DNA from: Patescibacteria group bacterium
Lineage (GTDB): Bacteria > Patescibacteriota > Minisyncoccia > UBA6257 > GWB1-50-10
Direction: 5' to 3'
NCBI GenBank assembly: GCA_038065455.1
Contig: JBBTQX010000002.1
Coordinates: forward strand, 6,779-70,778
Length of the DNA stretch: 64,000 bases
The position numbers and the translations under genes are program-made. Each line of letters starts with the position of its first letter. The first letter of the stretch is position 1. Below the pieces are notes generated by a model. The model saw nothing but the letters and a program-made list of their open reading frames with translations. It was not told the origin of the DNA and ran no database searches. Positions 9,016 to 17,645 of this stretch are shown one piece after another.

Positions 9016-9717
9016 TTAATTTTCCATTGATTTTTCGAGCGACTTTAAGAATCTTATCGGCTTCGTGTAATCCATCCGTTTCGGACCGATGGTAATCATC
9101 AGGAAATCTTCCGGCCCGCGATTGAAATAAGTGGCGAAAACGGAAATATGGGGACTCCGCGTGACCGGGCTCTGGCCCACGAAAACGCGCGGCCAATCTT
9201 TTTCCTTCTCCCACCAGGATTTATTTTCCAATATCCTTTCCGGCAATTTCTCGAAATCCCGCACCACCTCCACCAAATCTTTCTTGGCCACGGTATCGAG
9301 CTGTTCTAAAAGTTCCTCCAGTCCGCTGCCGAAAAATTCGCCTTCGTGAGGCAGGAATCCCACACCCATAAGACCGAGTTCTTCGGCCACCTCTTCCACG
9401 AAAGATTTTCTCCCGCCTCTCATAAAATCCGCGGTCAATTCTTTTAGGACATTCGAATCCTTTTCTTTTTTCGGCTCCTCAGTCAAAAATTGTTCGGCCA
9501 AGAAGCGATAGGCTTTGTCGGTCGGAATCCGCCCGCCCGAAGGATGTTTGCGGGAAAAGTAGCCGTCTTCGGCCAACTCGGAAAGCTCCAGTCGAATCAT
9601 GGCCGGCCGGATGCCAAAATCGTAGTTCTCAAAAAGATGGTCGGAGGTGACCGGCTGGCCCGTTTTCACGAAGTCCCGCACCGCCGCTTCCAATATATCT
9701 CTGCTCCTTTCCGTCAT
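9016..9717 (-). CDS. hrcA: heat-inducible transcription repressor HrcA (short form)
   Basis: N-terminal winged-helix pattern (ILEAAVRDFVKTGQPVTS). First gene of the hrcA-grpE-dnaK-dnaJ block. Confidence 0.75.
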   Translation of the reverse strand: MTERSRDILEAAVRDFVKTGQPVTSDHLFENYDFGIRPAMIRLELSELAEDGYFSRKHPSGGRIPTDKAYRFLAEQFLTEEPKKEKDSNVLKELTADFMRGGRKSFVEEVAEELGLMGVGFLPHEGEFFGSGLEELLEQLDTVAKKDLVEVVRDFEKLPERILENKSWWEKEKDWPRVFVGQSPVTRSPHISVFATYFNRGPEDFLMITIGPKRMDYTKPIRFLKSLEKSMEN

Positions 9718-9724
9718 AGTGGGA

Positions 9725-9759
9725 ATTATATATTAGCACTCAAATGTGTCAAGCGCCAA
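9725..9759 (-). promoter_or_regulatory. hrcA promoter overlapped by a CIRCE-like operator; apparently leaderless
   Basis: Minus strand reads TTGACA, 16 nt, TATAAT, 7 nt, ATG. TTAGCACTC (9733-9741), 9 nt, then aagcgccaa (6/9 to GAGTGCTAA). Confidence 0.6.
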
Positions 9760-9765
9760 TTGATT

Positions 9766-9921
9766 GGGATACCGTGCCCCTATTCCCTTCAGCACCGGGT
9801 GTCGCGGTTCTCCCGCGGAACCGCGCACCACTAAGCTCTCGGCGAAAAATCCACCCTTCTGGGTGGAGCCGAGCTTTTTCGCCTCCGAGATTTGCTTCAG
9901 GGAACACGGGCACGGTATCCC
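9766..9921. other. GC-rich, highly self-complementary 156-nt element (candidate structured RNA or IR element)
   Basis: 14-bp closing stem gggataccgtgccc / gggcacggtatccc and nested helices. No credible ORF. Confidence 0.5.
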
Positions 9922-10099
9922 TTATTTCCAAAAAATTATTTATTTAACAAATATCCTTATTGCAACCTACATTTATCTAAATAAATATCAAATGAATAAG
10001 GGGTTATTATCCCAGAAAATGAAATTTTCTGATTAATTTTTAATGCTGCTGCGGTTTTTGCCCAATCTGAATCAAAGAGACAATGTATTATTTAATGTT

Positions 10100-10915
10100 C
10101 TACGGGCAGGTGGCGGTCGAGGTGGCGATAGCGCCAGTATTTGAAATACCCAAAAGGAAGCAGGTGCCGCCTGCCGATTTCAAAATGACGCCGTAAGCCG
10201 AATCGGAAAATCCGATATTCCCCGCCGCTTTAATGAGCGCATTGGTAGAAGGCGAAAAATTTACTCCCAAGCCGATCTGGCCATATTGGCCGCCGATTGA
10301 AACATTATTATTGAAATAGCCCGTGTACCACGGATTCACGGCTGTACCCAATGTAAGAGAACTAGAGGCGGCGGTGGGATAAACTGCCGAATCGAATTGG
10401 GCAGCCGAAACTCGAGCAATGGCTGTCTGAAGCGAACGAGTAAGTTGAGCGGAAGGAGTAGGCGAATTGTAAGTCATTGTGACGCCCAATTGAATGATGG
10501 CGAGCCCACCGGGATTTTCGTATTTGGTAGCCGTAAAACTATTGACGGTCACGTTGGAATTGGTAATGGCGACGGGCGTGCTTGATGGAATCACCGAACC
10601 CTCGCTCAAGTAAACCGCGGTACCGCTCGCGTAAATAAGGGTCGGGTCGAGCGTCGAGGAAGTCATCCTTAACTTGATAGTCGAGGTTGCGACGCCGCCT
10701 TCCATATCAATCAGGCTCGAATCGCGAACTAATTGCTGGACAGTGCCCGCGACGAAAGAAACTTGGTTGTTAACCTCATTCACGGAGTTTTGGCGAGTTT
10801 GGATCCTCGTAACCGAGAGCAAAATCGCCGTCAAAAACACCGCGCTCCCCGCGAAGATGGCGACATAAATAAGAAGTTCAATAAGTGAATAGCCTTTTTC
10901 TTCCTTGAAATTCAT
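10100..10915 (-). CDS. type IV pilin-like protein (prepilin N-terminal methylation motif)
   Basis: MNFKEEKG/YSLIELLIYVAIF class III signal peptide. S/T-rich globular part, C-terminal Cys pair. Confidence 0.75.
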   Translation of the reverse strand: MNFKEEKGYSLIELLIYVAIFAGSAVFLTAILLSVTRIQTRQNSVNEVNNQVSFVAGTVQQLVRDSSLIDMEGGVATSTIKLRMTSSTLDPTLIYASGTAVYLSEGSVIPSSTPVAITNSNVTVNSFTATKYENPGGLAIIQLGVTMTYNSPTPSAQLTRSLQTAIARVSAAQFDSAVYPTAASSSLTLGTAVNPWYTGYFNNNVSIGGQYGQIGLGVNFSPSTNALIKAAGNIGFSDSAYGVILKSAGGTCFLLGISNTGAIATSTATCP

Positions 10916-10940
10916 AGTTCTTTTCTCTTTATAGTATAAT
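10911..10940 (+). promoter_or_regulatory. candidate promoter for a leaderless GT39 transcript
   Basis: TATAAT (10935-10940) lies 7 nt before ATG 10948. The -35 is weak (ttcata). Confidence 0.4.
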
Positions 10941-10947
10941 AACACAA

Positions 10948-12768
10948 ATGAAAGATAAGTTTTACGGTTTTATTCCATCTATTCTTCTTGTAATCATCGT
11001 TCTGGGAAGCGGACTATTAATGTTTGATGTTTCCCGGCAAGAATCGGCGACAATGGATGAATTGGCCCATATTCCGGCCGGCTATTCCTATGTAAAATAT
11101 CTGGATTATCGCCTGAATCCAGAGCATCCCCCGCTCTTGAAGGTACTCGCCGCCCTTCCGCTCCTCGGCATGGACCTCAAATTTCCGACGGACAGTCCCA
11201 AATGGGAAAAAGAAGTAAATTACCAATGGGATATAGGTTCTCTTTTCCTTTTCAATTCGGGCAATAATCCGGACGACATCGTAAAAAACGCCCGAATTTT
11301 TCCGATAATCATCACACTTCTTACCGTTATTCTTATTTACCTTTGGTCCCGAGAACTTTTGGGCAAATGGTGGGCGCTTCTGCCCGCCTTCCTTTTCGCC
11401 GTCTCCCCCTCCGTATTGGCCCACGGACACTATGTGACGACGGACATCGCTGCCGCTTTCGGCTTTCTCCTCGCTACTTATCTTTTCGTTAAATTCCTGA
11501 ACCGGCGAAGCGGTCTGAATATTATTTTGGCCGGCATCGGACTCGGCATCGCTTTGCTTCTGAAATTCTCCACAGTCCTTTTGATCCCTCTTTTCATCGC
11601 GCTCGCGTTCTTCTACTGGCTCGGCGAAAAAATCCGGGGATTCGAAACGAGTTTCTGGCGACACGCGAAAAATCTGATATTAATTTTTATTGTCGCGCTC
11701 GCCGCCATCTATGCCGCTTACTTCGTCTTTACTTTGAACTATCCGATCGAGAAACAGGTAAGCGATACGAAAAGTATCTTGGAAAATTTCCAGCCTCAAG
11801 CACTCGCCCAATTCAACGTGAAATTATCGGAAAGCCGGCTCATGCGCCCGCTCGGAGAATATTTCCTCGGTGTGATGATGGTGATCCAACGCTCGGCCGG
11901 CGGAAACACTTCTTATTTTTTGGGCGAGGTTTCGAAAATCGGCTGGCATTATTACTTCCCTGTCGTCTTCCTCCTTAAAGAATCTATTCCCGCCCTTATT
12001 CTGCTCTTCCTCTCGATGTTCTTCGGGCTGAAAAACATTATTGTAAAATTCAAAGGCGGGAAAATATTCCAAAAATTCGCCGAATATCTCGGTACCAATT
12101 TTGCCGAGTTCAGTCTATTCCTCCTTATTCTCCTATATTGGGCTTACAGCATAAATAGCACGCTGAATATCGGCTTCCGCCATCTTCTGCCATTGATAGC
12201 CCCGATGTATATTCTCGCCGCGAGCGGTCTAAAAAATTGGCTGAGTGCTGGGTCAAATAACGGCCCGAAACGCGCTATTCTTGCGATTGTACTCGTCTGG
12301 TGCGCGGCCGAAACTTTTGCAGCCTACCCCTATTTCCTCTCCTATTTCAACGAAATCGGCGGCGGAACGATGAACGGCTACAAATATGTTGTGGATTCCA
12401 ATTATGACTGGGGGCAAGACTTGAAACGCCTTGCAAAATTCGTGAAGAATCCGCCGGGCGGCGGAAGTATTGAGAAAATCGCCGTGGATTATTTCGGCGC
12501 CGGCGACCCGGCATATTATCTCGGCAAAGACACGGTGGAGGGTTGGTATTCCTCGAAAGGCGACCCGCGGGAAGAGAATATCGAATGGCTCGCGGTGTCG
12601 GCGGAATTTCTTCAGAACTCCGTCCAGCCGACCGACAGTACCATTACCCGGAAACCCGGCGAGGATTACGGCTGGCTGAAAGAATTGCGCCCGGCTCCCG
12701 CCGGACTCGGCAACACTCCCCAGCCGGATTACCGTGTCGGCACCTCCATCTTCATATATCACTTGTAG
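10948..12768 (+). CDS. membrane glycosyltransferase, family 39 (PMT/ArnT-like)
   Basis: 606 aa. Multi-TM N-terminal half with a DE-containing first loop (ESATMDELAH), large C-terminal soluble domain. Confidence 0.75.
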   Translation: MKDKFYGFIPSILLVIIVLGSGLLMFDVSRQESATMDELAHIPAGYSYVKYLDYRLNPEHPPLLKVLAALPLLGMDLKFPTDSPKWEKEVNYQWDIGSLFLFNSGNNPDDIVKNARIFPIIITLLTVILIYLWSRELLGKWWALLPAFLFAVSPSVLAHGHYVTTDIAAAFGFLLATYLFVKFLNRRSGLNIILAGIGLGIALLLKFSTVLLIPLFIALAFFYWLGEKIRGFETSFWRHAKNLILIFIVALAAIYAAYFVFTLNYPIEKQVSDTKSILENFQPQALAQFNVKLSESRLMRPLGEYFLGVMMVIQRSAGGNTSYFLGEVSKIGWHYYFPVVFLLKESIPALILLFLSMFFGLKNIIVKFKGGKIFQKFAEYLGTNFAEFSLFLLILLYWAYSINSTLNIGFRHLLPLIAPMYILAASGLKNWLSAGSNNGPKRAILAIVLVWCAAETFAAYPYFLSYFNEIGGGTMNGYKYVVDSNYDWGQDLKRLAKFVKNPPGGGSIEKIAVDYFGAGDPAYYLGKDTVEGWYSSKGDPREENIEWLAVSAEFLQNSVQPTDSTITRKPGEDYGWLKELRPAPAGLGNTPQPDYRVGTSIFIYHL

Positions 12769-13541
12769 TAAATCCGATTTGGAACCCTTAAGTCAATGTA
12801 TCCCGCCGCACCGACATTAATCTCTTTCTTCAGGTTTTTAAGAACGGAATCTAGGTTCTCAGGTGAGAAATTCAAACTGAAATAGAAATTCGATCCTTTG
12901 GCCGTGCGCGCTGTCCATTCGCGGAGCGATAAATCCCCTATTTCGGCCGAGACGACTTTCAATCCGTTCCGATTCAGGACTTCAATGGATTGCTTCAAAT
13001 TAGCAAACCATTCGGGCCTCGAAAAAAGTCCTTGGCCGGGAAAGAAAAATCTTTTGTTGATGTCACTTATCTTCAGTATCAAAAAGCCGGAAACCGAGGG
13101 TACCTTGCTGAAAATCACGCCGTTCTCGTCGAGACCGAAACAGGAAAGATTATTCTCGTCGCAAACCACCCCCCAAAGCTGTCTTTCCCCGGCTGAGATT
13201 TTCACGGAATGCTTCCAGAAATCGGTCTCGACTTTCAAATCTTTCACAGCCGGAATGCGGTAGAGCGAATCGGGATATTTGCCGAACTCCCAAAAGAGAA
13301 TATTTTCGGGACCCACCATCGCCCGGAATTTTCCCTCAAGCATCCGAGTTTTGAGGGAATCGAATATTTCTTCCCGCGAAATGCCCGGAAGATTCGGCAC
13401 GTCGAAATTCTGCACCTTAAGCCAAGGCGAACGGAGAATAAAATAAAACAAGCCAATCAATACGATAAAAAAAAGAAAGAAACCGCCCAAAACAAAATAA
13501 AACCGAAAATGGTGCTTTTTTTTTGTTATCAGGTTTTCCAT
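12759..13541 (-). CDS. ftsQ: FtsQ-like cell-division protein (single TM + POTRA-like)
   Basis: N-terminal TM, then V.V.G..... pattern. 260 aa. Confidence 0.55.
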   Translation of the reverse strand: MENLITKKKHHFRFYFVLGGFFLFFIVLIGLFYFILRSPWLKVQNFDVPNLPGISREEIFDSLKTRMLEGKFRAMVGPENILFWEFGKYPDSLYRIPAVKDLKVETDFWKHSVKISAGERQLWGVVCDENNLSCFGLDENGVIFSKVPSVSGFLILKISDINKRFFFPGQGLFSRPEWFANLKQSIEVLNRNGLKVVSAEIGDLSLREWTARTAKGSNFYFSLNFSPENLDSVLKNLKKEINVGAAGYIDLRVPNRIYYK

Positions 13542-13548
13542 TTTATTA

Positions 13549-14151
13549 TTACTGATACACGCGCACTGGGAACGAATAAATATTCGTGGAAACGCTGTTA
13601 CCTACGCTCACATTCACCTTATAATCGCCTTCGTTCTTCCAGATATGGCTTACAATAATAGTCTTGCCGGTTTCCGTCGCACCCTGGTCTTTCAGGCCAT
13701 CGCCCCAATCAATTTTATAAACCTGGCCGCTGTTTACGGAAAATGACAGGGGTTCATTCATCTTTATCACTATCGTCGCCGGAGGCGGCGGAACATTGAA
13801 AGCGGAGCTGGTCGGCGCGGGAATAATTCCTGAAAGCGGGCTCGCCGGAATTTGCGTTTGGACGAACGCCGGAACGGAAGAGGCCACACCGGACAAATTC
13901 AAACCAGCCGATTGGATTTCTTCTCCTACGCTCGCGATGAAATTCCCCACTTGGTTTTTTACGAACGCCGTGGCGGTTTGTTTCGTCGAACTCGCGACGG
14001 ATTTGGCATAATCGCCGATTTTTTGGCCCGCCTCTTCCCTGATCGCCTTTCCACTATCGGCCTTCCACCAATTGTCATAAGCGTAAAAACCCCCGTAAAC
14101 CGCTCCGCCCAAAATCGCAACCCAAAGAATGAATTTCAAAAAAGTCTTCAT
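13549..14151 (-). CDS. hypothetical membrane-anchored protein with a PKD-like C-terminal beta domain
   Basis: N-terminal TM. C-terminus YKIDWGDG...HIWKNEGDYKVNVSV resembles PKD repeats. Confidence 0.55.
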   Translation of the reverse strand: MKTFLKFILWVAILGGAVYGGFYAYDNWWKADSGKAIREEAGQKIGDYAKSVASSTKQTATAFVKNQVGNFIASVGEEIQSAGLNLSGVASSVPAFVQTQIPASPLSGIIPAPTSSAFNVPPPPATIVIKMNEPLSFSVNSGQVYKIDWGDGLKDQGATETGKTIIVSHIWKNEGDYKVNVSVGNSVSTNIYSFPVRVYQ

Positions 14152-14214
14152 TAGATTAATTCTACTAAATTGGTAGGAGTTAGAATAGCAGAACCTTCCT
14201 TCTAAAACACGCTA

Positions 14215-14440
14215 TCAAATTCCCCGGCGTGGAATTTGCGCTCGCTCTCGGCCTCACTCTTCCGCTTCGCGGAAACCTTGCCCGTTCGGCCTGCGAGACG
14301 GTTTAAGGAGCAGGAAAATAGGACTGTTTGAATCCCGAAGCGAAGCGGAGGTTAAGTTCCGCATTTTCCGTCGGCGGATGATGAGGAATGAGCCTTGAAA
14401 TTATCCGAGCGGAGAGCTGTTGATGAGTGGAGAAGAAATT
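14215..14440. other. GC-rich non-coding segment with extensive self-complementarity (candidate RNA)
   Basis: No ORF of 60 aa or more in a 292-nt spacer. cttccgcttcgc pairs with gcgaagcggag; local hairpins tccgc/gcgga. Confidence 0.3.
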
Positions 14441-14443
14441 ACC

Positions 14444-15709
14444 CTACCCAATCTCCTTCTTTCCGACGTAATCCTGAAGCGCTTTCGGAACCCTCACCTT
14501 CCCCTCTTTCGTCTGATAATTTTCCAAAATAGAAATAATGGTCCGGCCGATGGCGAAGGCCGTGCCGTTCAAGGCATGCGTGAACTCCTTCTTCCCTTCG
14601 GCTGTTTTATATTTGACGTTTATGCCCCGCGTCTGGAAATCGGCGGTATTGGAACATGAATGCGTTTCGCGATACTCGTTCTGGCCCGGAAGCCAAGTTT
14701 CAATATCAAATTGGCGCGCACCTACCCAATCCATATCACCGGTGCAAATCTCCACCACCCTATATGGCAATTCCAGCTTCTGCATCAACTTCTCTTGGAG
14801 CGAAACCAAAAATTGATGCTCTTTTTCGGAATCTTCCGGTTTTGAGAAAGAGAACATTTCTACCTTATCAAACTGATGGACCCGTAATATCCCTTTTGTG
14901 TCTTTGCCATATGAACCGGCCTCGCGCCGAAAACAGGTCGAAAAACCGACATAGCGGCGCGGCAAATCTTTTCCTTCGAAAACTTCGTTCATTTGGAGCG
15001 GGCCCAAAGTATGTTCGGCGCTTCCCACTAAATATAAATCATCCTTGGGCAAATAATATTTATCTTCTTTTTGTTCGCCCACAAGTTTTCCCATGCCGGC
15101 AAATACGTCCGATTTTATCATCACGGGCGGCACCACGGGAATGAATCCCTCTTCCAATAATATTTTGAACGCGAGTTGAACCAGACCGAATTCCATGAGC
15201 GCCGCTTCATTCATCAAATATCCGAAACGACTGCCGGAAACCTCGGCGGCCTTTTTCACGTCGATAAGACCGAGCTTTTCTCCCAAAGAAAGATAATCTT
15301 TGGACTTGAATCCGTCCTCGGCGGAGAATTTTGGTTTCTCGCCCCATTCCCGGATCACTTTATTCCCGTTTTCGTCTTTCCCGATCAAAACGTCTTCGAA
15401 GGGGATATTCGGAATCTTATTCAAAATTTCATCGCGTTTGGTCTCGAGAGTTCCGCGCTCCGCTTCAATGTCGCCGATGCGCTGTTTCAAAAGCTGGGCG
15501 CGGCTTATCAAATCCTCTTTCCGTTCCTTCGCCAATTCCTTCGAGAGTTCGTTCTGCTCCGCCTTGAGCTCGTCCAATGCTTTTACCTTCGTTCGCCACT
15601 CCTCATCCACCCGCAGGAATTTATCCACCAATTTCGGATCGGCTTTTTTCTTCTCTATCCCCCTTTTTACTTTGTCGGGATTCTCCCGAATGAGATTTAT
15701 ATCGAGCAT
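14444..15709 (-). CDS. serS: seryl-tRNA synthetase
   Basis: 421 aa. N-terminal coiled coil plus class II core. Confidence 0.95.
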   Translation of the reverse strand: MLDINLIRENPDKVKRGIEKKKADPKLVDKFLRVDEEWRTKVKALDELKAEQNELSKELAKERKEDLISRAQLLKQRIGDIEAERGTLETKRDEILNKIPNIPFEDVLIGKDENGNKVIREWGEKPKFSAEDGFKSKDYLSLGEKLGLIDVKKAAEVSGSRFGYLMNEAALMEFGLVQLAFKILLEEGFIPVVPPVMIKSDVFAGMGKLVGEQKEDKYYLPKDDLYLVGSAEHTLGPLQMNEVFEGKDLPRRYVGFSTCFRREAGSYGKDTKGILRVHQFDKVEMFSFSKPEDSEKEHQFLVSLQEKLMQKLELPYRVVEICTGDMDWVGARQFDIETWLPGQNEYRETHSCSNTADFQTRGINVKYKTAEGKKEFTHALNGTAFAIGRTIISILENYQTKEGKVRVPKALQDYVGKKEIG

Positions 15710-15710
15710 T

Positions 15711-17159
15711 TTATTTTTTATCTTCGCGCATCAAGGGAAAAACGACTGTTTCCCGAATCGGCTTATCCATTAATACCGAAAAGACCCGCTCGGACATTCC
15801 GAAACCGGCCGCGGGCGGCATGCCATATTCCATCGCTTCCAAGAAATCTTCGTCCAAATACTGGGCTTCTTTATCACCCTTCGCCCGCAAGGCCATCTGG
15901 GCCTCAAAACGCTCCCGCTGGTCCAAGGGGTCGTTCAGCTCCGAAAATCCTTTGCCGAGTTCCGTACCATAAGCCATTATCTGCAGGCGCTCAACACGCC
16001 GTGAATCCTCGGCGGAACGCTTAGCCAAAGGCTCTATTTCCACCGGCGGATTTACGAGGAATCCGGGCTCCACAAGCTTCGGTCGAACAGTCTTTTTGTA
16101 GATAAGATCGATGAGCCGGCCCCTTTGTGCCGAAGGCTCGTATTTCAAACCCAGTTCATCCGCCTTCTTTTTGAGTCCGCTATCGGAAACCTTGTTCAAA
16201 TCCAATCCGGCGTATTTTTTGAAAAGCTCGTAATAATCGTAGGTCTTCCAGGGCTTGCCCCAGTCGGCTTCGTATCCCTGGCTCTTAATTTTGAGAGTTC
16301 CGAAAGTTTTTTTGATGACCGTTTGAAACATTTTCGGAAGGAATTTCATCAAATCCCGATAATTGGCATAAGCCCAATAAAACTCCATATGCGTGTAATC
16401 CTGAAGATGTTCGGCATCGATGCCTTCGTTCCGGAAGATACGCCCGATTTCGAAGACTTTTTCGTAGCCGCCCACGAGCAATTTTTTGAGCGGAAGTTCC
16501 AGGGAAATGCGCAGATAAAAATCCCGATCCAGGGCATTGTGATGGGTTTTGAATGGTTCGGCTTCCGCTCCGCCCGGCAATCCCTCCAGAACCGGCGTCT
16601 CCACTTCGAGAAAATTTTCCTGTTTCAAAAAATCCCGCACCGCGCCCCAGAAAACGCTCTTTTTTACGAACATTTCCTTCACTTCGGGATTCAGAATCGT
16701 ATCGAGATACCGCTTCCGCAGGCGGGTTTCCGTATCCTCGAGACCATACCAGCTCTGGGGCAACGGCCGCAAGCTTTTGGCGATAATCCGGGCCTGTTTC
16801 GCCAGGATGGATCTTTCTCCCCGCTTCGTTTTAAAAAGCGTTCCCTTCGCTTCCGCGAAATCTCCGATATCGAGCGTTTCCTTTAATATATCAAAATTAT
16901 CCGTCTCTCCCTTCTTGAGGATGAGCTGAATCTGCCCGCTCTCGTCTTTCAAATCGGCGAAGATTATCCCGCCCTGGCCCCTCACGGCTCCCACCCGTCC
17001 GGCGAGCCATAAAACTTTCTTCGATTTCGCCAACTTCGGAAAAGCGGAAACCGCCTCCTTTACGGACGCAGTCCTTTTTACTTCGGCGGGATATGGATCG
17101 GCGTATTTTTTGTAACGCTCGAGCTTTGCCTTCCGTTCCCGGATTAAATCTTCCAGCAT
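15711..17159 (-). CDS. lysS: lysyl-tRNA synthetase, class II
   Basis: 482 aa. OB anticodon-binding domain plus class II motifs. Confidence 0.93.
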   Translation of the reverse strand: MLEDLIRERKAKLERYKKYADPYPAEVKRTASVKEAVSAFPKLAKSKKVLWLAGRVGAVRGQGGIIFADLKDESGQIQLILKKGETDNFDILKETLDIGDFAEAKGTLFKTKRGERSILAKQARIIAKSLRPLPQSWYGLEDTETRLRKRYLDTILNPEVKEMFVKKSVFWGAVRDFLKQENFLEVETPVLEGLPGGAEAEPFKTHHNALDRDFYLRISLELPLKKLLVGGYEKVFEIGRIFRNEGIDAEHLQDYTHMEFYWAYANYRDLMKFLPKMFQTVIKKTFGTLKIKSQGYEADWGKPWKTYDYYELFKKYAGLDLNKVSDSGLKKKADELGLKYEPSAQRGRLIDLIYKKTVRPKLVEPGFLVNPPVEIEPLAKRSAEDSRRVERLQIMAYGTELGKGFSELNDPLDQRERFEAQMALRAKGDKEAQYLDEDFLEAMEYGMPPAAGFGMSERVFSVLMDKPIRETVVFPLMREDKK

Positions 17160-17171
17160 TTATCTGGTTGG

Positions 17172-17645
17172 TTAGTCAACGCTTAAAACGATATATTCAA
17201 CCGGCCCCTTGGGGGTTTGAATCTGTATTTTTTCGCCGGATTTCTTGCCCAAAAGTTCGTGTCCCAAAGGAGACTCGTTGGAGATGAGTCCGCCCGCCGG
17301 ATCGGCTTCATTCGATCCGACCATGGTGTAATTGACGGCCGAGCCGTTCTTATTGAGCGAGATTTTGGAACCAAGCCTGACCACGCCCGTGCTCGAAAGC
17401 CCGGTGGCGGACTGCTTCTCGAAAATAGCGGAATTTTTAATGAGATCGTCCAATTCGGCGATCTTTTTCTCCAAAATGCTCTGGTCTTCCCTAGCCGACT
17501 GGTATTCGGCATTCTCCGAAAGATCACCCAAATCCTTGGCGTGCTTCAAGCGCTCCATCACGGATTGACGGCCCTCTTTCTTCAGTTTATCCAGTTCGTC
17601 CACGAGCTCGTTATAACGCTCTTTGGTCAGATATTTTTTAGCCAT
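17172..17645 (-). CDS. greA: transcription elongation factor GreA
   Basis: 157 aa. Coiled coil with DLSENAEY acidic tip. Confidence 0.92.
   Translation of the reverse strand: MAKKYLTKERYNELVDELDKLKKEGRQSVMERLKHAKDLGDLSENAEYQSAREDQSILEKKIAELDDLIKNSAIFEKQSATGLSSTGVVRLGSKISLNKNGSAVNYTMVGSNEADPAGGLISNESPLGHELLGKKSGEKIQIQTPKGPVEYIVLSVD

Noticed and set aside
9766-9921. Assignment of the structured element to SRP RNA, 6S RNA, RNase P RNA or tmRNA.
   Set aside because: I found none of the diagnostic motifs: the GGAA-tetraloop/AGCA helix-8 pattern, GAGGAAAGUCC, or a tag ORF with a tRNA-like end. I left it unclassified.
14152-14443. T-box leader for serS.
   Set aside because: The region is 3' of serS on the coding strand and lacks the T-box consensus.
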